A stretch of 40,000 nucleotides of DNA, from assembly GCA_045657465.1 (NCBI GenBank), contig JAZOTD010000036.1:11372-51371 (forward strand), written 5' to 3'. Source of the DNA: Clostridia bacterium. Lineage in GTDB: Bacteria > Bacillota > Clostridia > Christensenellales > UBA1242. Below the pieces are notes generated by a model, which saw nothing but the letters and a program-made list of their open reading frames with translations, did not search any database and was not told the origin of the DNA. Numbering within the stretch: the first letter of the stretch is position 1; every line of letters starts with the position of its first letter. A program made the translations under genes and the position numbers. Of this stretch, positions 35,549-40,000 are shown in pieces.

Positions 35549-36030
35549 TAAACCCTTCCCGCCTTTTCTATTTTTGCAATTTGAGCAATTCTTCTTGAGT
35601 GTCTTTCTTCGCCCATAAATTGCGTAGAAATAAACACATTCAAAATTCTAATCATTTTGCGCTTGCAAAGCTTAACTTCATAATTTTCATCAGCTTTTCC
35701 TGCTGCAAACACAATTGCATTGGCATCTTCATCGCGTCTTGCAAAATATGCAGAGCCTTCTTCACTAGGAAGCACCGCTCTAATCCCCGCAAACTTATTT
35801 GCAACAATATTCATGCCGACTCCAGTTCCGCAAAGCAAAATCATTCCGTCTGCCTTTTCTTTCAAAAACATATCATATGCCTTGCTTGCTAAAACTGGAT
35901 AATCATTAGCTTCGCCAGCATCTTCAACCACTGAAAAATCAAGATTTTGCTCGGTTAAATAAGCCTTGATTTTATCAACATATTTTCCGTCAACTCTATG
36001 GTCATATACCACAATGAATTTTTTGAACAT
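35548..36030 (-). CDS. RpiB/LacA/LacB-family sugar-phosphate isomerase
   Basis: FIVVYDHRVDGKYVDKIKAYL...DYPVLASKAYDMFLKEKADGMILLCGTGVGMNIVANKFAGIRAVLPSEEGSAYFARRDEDANAIVFAAG...FMGEERHSRRIAQIAKIE. Confidence 0.88.
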   Translation of the reverse strand: MFKKFIVVYDHRVDGKYVDKIKAYLTEQNLDFSVVEDAGEANDYPVLASKAYDMFLKEKADGMILLCGTGVGMNIVANKFAGIRAVLPSEEGSAYFARRDEDANAIVFAAGKADENYEVKLCKRKMIRILNVFISTQFMGEERHSRRIAQIAKIEKAGRV

Positions 36031-36086
36031 AATATTCTCCTAACACAATTAGTTTATAATTTTTATATTATGTTGTCAAACAAAAC

Positions 36087-36112
36087 AAAAAGAAGTATCT
36101 CTACTTCTTTTT
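36087..36112 (-). terminator. Terminator overlapping the stop of the 50-aa ORF
   Basis: aaaaagaagta - tctc - tacttcttttt perfect 11-bp stem. Confidence 0.8.
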
Positions 36113-36253
36113 ATCTTGGAATCGACTTATTTGTTGTTTCAATGACTTAATTTCACGTTTTAGAGCGTCCATATCACGTTCTTGCAACGCAATCAAATTG
36201 TCTTTTTCTTTAACAATCTCCCCAAACTCTCCAAACTCATCAAAACCACTCAT
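36101..36253 (-). CDS. Short coiled-coil protein, 50 aa (not in ORF track)
   Basis: Manual translation MSGFDEFGEFGEIVKEKDNLIALQERDMDALKREIKSLKQQISRFQDKKK*; RBS aggag 7 nt upstream of ATG at 36253; terminator overlaps the stop codon. Confidence 0.7.
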   Translation of the reverse strand: MSGFDEFGEFGEIVKEKDNLIALQERDMDALKREIKSLKQQISRFQDKKK

Positions 36254-36299
36254 AAATGACTCCTACTGTTATTATGAGCCGTTTAATTCATTTTATGCA

Positions 36300-36328
36300 T
36301 AAAAAAACACCCTTTTTAGGGTGTTTTG
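36300..36328 (-). terminator. Terminator of sepF
   Basis: aaaaaaacaccctttttagggtgtttt. Confidence 0.8.
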
Positions 36329-36329
36329 A

Positions 36330-36917
36330 TTAGTTATCCATTCCTTGATTTTGTTCAGGGGTTCTAATATTAAATCCTTCAGGAGTCAAGAGGAATATAT
36401 TGCTGTCAACATGTCTAATATTTCCATTAAGTGCATAAATCGCACCACTTGTGCAGTCTAAAAGGCGTTGAGAATCATATTCATTCATATTTTGAAGATT
36501 CAAAACAACTGATTCGCCTTCTTTTAAATAATTGATAACAATTTGCACATCATCAAATTTTGTTGGGTACAAAAATTCAACATTTTTAGTTCCATATCCG
36601 CCAACATTTGAATTTAGACCATAATTATTCACAGGCGCAGTGTATGACCTGTTATATTGAGAAGGATTTTCAGCATAAGAAGTTGTTGTGCTTTGTGGTT
36701 TTGGTTGCACATCTTTTTCTTGTCTCAAAGAATATTTTTTTGCAGCTCGGTCAGCTTTTTCTTGAGCTTTTCTTGCTTTATATTCTTCTTTTTGTCTTCT
36801 TTTTTCATCTTGAGCACGCTGTCTTTCTTCTCGAATCTTCTCTTTTTCTATTGAATCGTCGTAGACTTCTTCATTTTCAAAGCCCACTCCTTTCATAAGC
36901 CAATTCATAAATCCCAT
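36330..36917 (-). CDS. sepF: Cell division protein SepF
   Basis: MGFMNWLMKGVGF N-terminal amphipathic helix, and C-terminal VQIVINYLKEGESVVLNLQNMNEYDSQRLLDCTSGAIYALNGNIRHVDSNIFLLTPEGFNI. Confidence 0.93.
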   Translation of the reverse strand: MGFMNWLMKGVGFENEEVYDDSIEKEKIREERQRAQDEKRRQKEEYKARKAQEKADRAAKKYSLRQEKDVQPKPQSTTTSYAENPSQYNRSYTAPVNNYGLNSNVGGYGTKNVEFLYPTKFDDVQIVINYLKEGESVVLNLQNMNEYDSQRLLDCTSGAIYALNGNIRHVDSNIFLLTPEGFNIRTPEQNQGMDN

Positions 36918-36993
36918 AAATTGCCACCCCTATCTAGCCTAATAATAACACATTTTACACAAATTTCAAATTATTTTTTCATAATTTTATGAT

Positions 36994-37749
36994 TTACTGC
37001 AAATTATTGAACATATCAACTTTCAGTCGTGCAAAATTAAATTTTAATTCACAAATTAACGACTCTTTCTTTCCACTTTGAAAAAACTTATTAAAAAACT
37101 CATCAAAATAATTAACAAGCATATTTGCATAGGTCGTCAAATCTTCAAAAATCTTCTCATTTTTCGGGTTTTCAAACAAATCGATTAAGTCTTGAAATTC
37201 AAGTTTTGTTTTCAATAACTTCGAAGAAAAATCTCCATCACCAATCTCACCTTTCAAATATTCAATCTGCACATGCTCAAAATCATTAATAAATTTATAA
37301 TATTTCTCAAAAAATCTCGAATAACTTAAATTTTGAGCAATATGTGATGCAGTTTTTTTATTAATAGCTTTTGCTTCAAGCTTAACAACCCCCGCAGTTG
37401 AAAAAGACTGCTTTAAATTTTCTTTAATTTCAATTGCATCAGCTTCATTCAAATAAACATTTGCCACTAAAAAATACTCTTCTTTAAAAAACAAAACACT
37501 CCCAGCTCCGCCAAGCTTTTTTATTAATTCTTTTTTGTCTTCATCAATTTTTCTTCTATTTTTTTCAACATAAACCACATAAAACACTTGCCGTTCATAA
37601 CACTTTTCAACCTTCTTAAAACTTACCAAACATGCAAAAACTACCGCTAAAAAAATAAAAAATAAAATCACTGCAATCACTGAAATTATCGGCTTTCGCA
37701 AGGGTTTGTCATGTGGCAGGTATGACACATAATCTTGAAAATTACTCAT
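36994..37749 (-). CDS. Hypothetical membrane-anchored protein
   Basis: PIISVIAVILFFIFLAVVFACLVSF TM segment, then a SPOR-like length region (FYVVYVEKNRRKIDEDKKELIKKLGGAGSVLFFKEEYFLVANVYLNEADAIEIKENLK). Confidence 0.7.
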   Translation of the reverse strand: MSNFQDYVSYLPHDKPLRKPIISVIAVILFFIFLAVVFACLVSFKKVEKCYERQVFYVVYVEKNRRKIDEDKKELIKKLGGAGSVLFFKEEYFLVANVYLNEADAIEIKENLKQSFSTAGVVKLEAKAINKKTASHIAQNLSYSRFFEKYYKFINDFEHVQIEYLKGEIGDGDFSSKLLKTKLEFQDLIDLFENPKNEKIFEDLTTYANMLVNYFDEFFNKFFQSGKKESLICELKFNFARLKVDMFNNLQ

Positions 37750-37877
37750 ATATCATTTTATGATTAAAGCATACACTTAATCACAAGTTTTTGTCATAAA
37801 AACGTGATTGCATGCTTAACGTTATAACTTGCCAAAAACGACATATAATTAAGTGTAAATAATTTTAGGAGAACTTT

Positions 37878-38174
37878 ATGAACTTAAAACCATTATTTGA
37901 CAGAGTCGTGCTAAAAGATTTAGAAAAATCATCGCAAACCAAGTCAGGAATATTTATTCCCACAGGCGTTGGCGATGAACCTAAATATGCCAAAGTCGTT
38001 GCTATTGGCGATGGAGACTGCTTTGACGGAAACAAATCTAAAATGGCAGTGTCTGTCGGCGATCATGTTTTATATAACAAATATGGTGCAACACCTTTCA
38101 AAATTGACGACCAAGAATTTCAAATCTTGCGTCAAAGTGACATATTAGGAGTTTTCGAAGGAGACAATAACTAA
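37878..38174 (+). CDS. groES: Co-chaperonin GroES
   Basis: LKPLFDRVVLKDLEKSSQTKSGIFIPTG...AKVVAIGDGD...VSVGDHVLYNKYGATPFKIDDQEFQILRQSDILGV. Confidence 0.95.
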   Translation: MNLKPLFDRVVLKDLEKSSQTKSGIFIPTGVGDEPKYAKVVAIGDGDCFDGNKSKMAVSVGDHVLYNKYGATPFKIDDQEFQILRQSDILGVFEGDNN

Positions 38175-39763
38175 TGGCAAAACAAATCCAAACTGGCGAC
38201 ATTGCAAGAAATCTACTTAAAAATGGCATAAAAGCCGTTGCTGATGCCGTGAAAATCACACTTGGACCTAAAGGAAAAAATGTGGTTTTAGACAGAAAAT
38301 ACACAACTCCCCTAATCACTAATGACGGAGTTTCAATCGCTAAAGAAATTGAACTATTAAACCCTTTTGAAAATATGGGTGCAAACCTCATTAAAGAAGC
38401 ATCGATAAAAACTAATGATGACGCAGGCGATGGCACAACCACCGCATGCGTTTTAGCAGAATCAATGGTTAATGAAGGTCTTAAAAATATTTCTAGTGGC
38501 GCCAACCCTATTATTTTACGCAAAGGCATTGAAAAAGCCATAAAAGTGGCTACAGATCATTTAAAACAAATCTCAAAACCAGTTTCAAGTGACAAAGAAA
38601 TTTCACAAGTTGCAAGCATATCTGCTGGCAGTGATGAAATTGGCGAACTCATTTCAAACGCCTTTGCAAAAATAGGAAAAGACGGCGTCATAACAATTGA
38701 AGAATCAAAATCTTCACAAACCAACCTAAAAATAACCCAAGGTCTTGAATTTGACCGAGGTTACATCTCGCCTTATATGGCAAATCCAAACCAAAATATT
38801 GTGTGTTTAGAACACCCTTATATCTTGGTCACTGACAAAAAACTTACAAATATAAATGAAATCCTCCCAATTTTAGAGCAAATTATGCAAACTTCCAGAC
38901 CTTTATTAATCATTGCTGACGATGTTGATGGCGAAGTGCTTTCAACACTCGTTTTAAACAATGTTAGGGGCAGTTTCATTTCTGTTGCAGTCAAATGTCC
39001 TTCATTTGGAGACAAACAAAAAGCATACTTGCAAGACATTGCCCTGCTCACATCAGCATCGCTTGTTTCAAAAGAACTTTCAACTGACTTCAAATCATTA
39101 ACATTAGATGATTTAGGCGAAGCATCGCTTGTCAAAGTTTCAAAAGACAAAACAACCATCATAAACGGCAAAGCAAACACAGTCATGGTTGAAGAAAAAA
39201 TCAATCATATCAAATCGCTGCTTAATGAAAACCTTGATGACTATGAAAAAATTAATTTTGAAGACCAACTCGCCAGACTTTCTGGTGGCGTGGCAGTCAT
39301 TGAAGTTGGAGCCGCAAGTGAAATCGAAATGCGTGAGAAAAAACTCCGCATCGAAGACGCCCTTTCAGCAACAAAATCTGCATGCAAAGAAGGCATCATA
39401 ATCGGTGGTGGTTGCGCTTTAGTATCATGCATTCCTTCAGTAAAATCTTTTATCAGCACACTTTCAGGAGACGAAAAAACAGGTGCAGAAATCGTTTTGC
39501 ACGCGCTTGAATCTCCAATTAGACAAATTGCAAAAAATGCAGGCGTCGACGACGGCGTAGTATTAAACAATGTTATGCAGTCAATCAAATCAAATATTGG
39601 TTACAACGCACTTACTGACACATATGAAAATATGTTTGATGGCGGAATAATTGACCCAACAAAAGTCACCCGCTGTGCTCTTGAAAACGCTGGAAGCGTT
39701 TCTGCATCAATACTCACAACTGAAGTTTTGGTCGCAGACATAGAACCACAAAAAGCTCAATAA
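38174..39763 (+). CDS. groEL: Chaperonin GroEL
   Basis: VKITLGPKGKNVVLDRKYTTPLITNDGVSIAKEIEL...DAGDGTTTACVLAESMV..., LEFDRGYISPYMAN, LLIIADDVDGEVLSTLVLNNVRG, FGDKQKAYLQDIALLT. Confidence 0.98.
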   Translation: MAKQIQTGDIARNLLKNGIKAVADAVKITLGPKGKNVVLDRKYTTPLITNDGVSIAKEIELLNPFENMGANLIKEASIKTNDDAGDGTTTACVLAESMVNEGLKNISSGANPIILRKGIEKAIKVATDHLKQISKPVSSDKEISQVASISAGSDEIGELISNAFAKIGKDGVITIEESKSSQTNLKITQGLEFDRGYISPYMANPNQNIVCLEHPYILVTDKKLTNINEILPILEQIMQTSRPLLIIADDVDGEVLSTLVLNNVRGSFISVAVKCPSFGDKQKAYLQDIALLTSASLVSKELSTDFKSLTLDDLGEASLVKVSKDKTTIINGKANTVMVEEKINHIKSLLNENLDDYEKINFEDQLARLSGGVAVIEVGAASEIEMREKKLRIEDALSATKSACKEGIIIGGGCALVSCIPSVKSFISTLSGDEKTGAEIVLHALESPIRQIAKNAGVDDGVVLNNVMQSIKSNIGYNALTDTYENMFDGGIIDPTKVTRCALENAGSVSASILTTEVLVADIEPQKAQ

Positions 39764-39774
39764 TTTTCTCCTAA

Positions 39775-39802
39775 AAAAACACCCCACTCAAGGGGTGTTT
39801 TT
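39775..39802. terminator. Terminator after groEL (bidirectional)
   Basis: aaaaacacccc - actcaa - ggggtgttttt. Confidence 0.88.
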
Positions 39803-40000
39803 ATTTGTTATTATCTTTAACAATGTTTTGAATTGACAAAAATCTTTTTTCAAATGTTGGTTTCTTGTTAACCTGGTCAATTGTTCTGTTAATCACAACA
39901 GTTCGTGGTTTCATAACCGGCGTTCTAATAAAACCAGACTCCAATAGCTCAACTTTTGATTGTTTTTGAGCGTCTTCAATCTCTTTCATCTTTGAGTCTT
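39801..40000 (-). CDS. Hypothetical protein, C-terminal part, frame open to the window end
   Basis: ...DSKMKEIEDAQKQSKVELLESGFIRTPVMKPRTVVINRTIDQVNKKPTFEKRFLSIQNIVKDNNK; the codons upstream of Met39989 remain open to 40000. Confidence 0.5.
   Translation of the reverse strand, partial: DSKMKEIEDAQKQSKVELLESGFIRTPVMKPRTVVINRTIDQVNKKPTFEKRFLSIQNIVKDNNK

Noticed and set aside
1-40000. CRISPR arrays, tRNA/rRNA genes, transposases, phage genes, toxin-antitoxin or retron/defence systems
   Set aside because: Looked for regularly spaced direct repeats, cloverleaf/anticodon signatures, DDE/recombinase/RT-like motifs and defence gene pairs in the ORF set; none seen. By-eye inspection only, so short ncRNAs could be missed.

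Overview
This is an AT-rich window from a Bacillota/Clostridia-like bacterial chromosome. That assignment is my inference from gene content: a T-box glyS, SepF, SpoVB-like, DUF421/DUF4363, Rnf and SpoIVFB-like genes. Housekeeping content is clear: uvrB-uvrA, T-box + glyS, groES-groEL, sepF, a NUDIX hydrolase, an rpiB-family gene, and a MacB-type ABC exporter divergent from a TetR gene. There is also a very large secreted, membrane-anchored protein (2017 aa), two half-size TauE/SafE genes, and a Rnf-type operon. The most interesting signal is that several otherwise intact ORFs have recognisable family folds but lack the family's hallmark catalytic or cofactor residues. (i) A complete-looking Rnf-like operon (C-D-E-A-B order) has no rnfG, no covalent-FMN motif in RnfD, lost Fe-S cysteines in RnfA/RnfE, and a lost flavin/NADH glycine loop in RnfC, while the RnfB and RnfC ferredoxin-type clusters are fully intact. 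(ii) A MreB-like actin has both phosphate-loop Asp residues replaced. (iii) A MinD-like ATPase has the signature Lys replaced by Arg, next to a MinE-like protein and a SpoIVFB-like protease. (iv) A Ppx/GppA-like protein has a degenerate ASKHA domain but an intact HD domain. I found no CRISPR array, tRNA, rRNA, transposase or phage genes. All family calls come from reading motifs by eye, with no database search.
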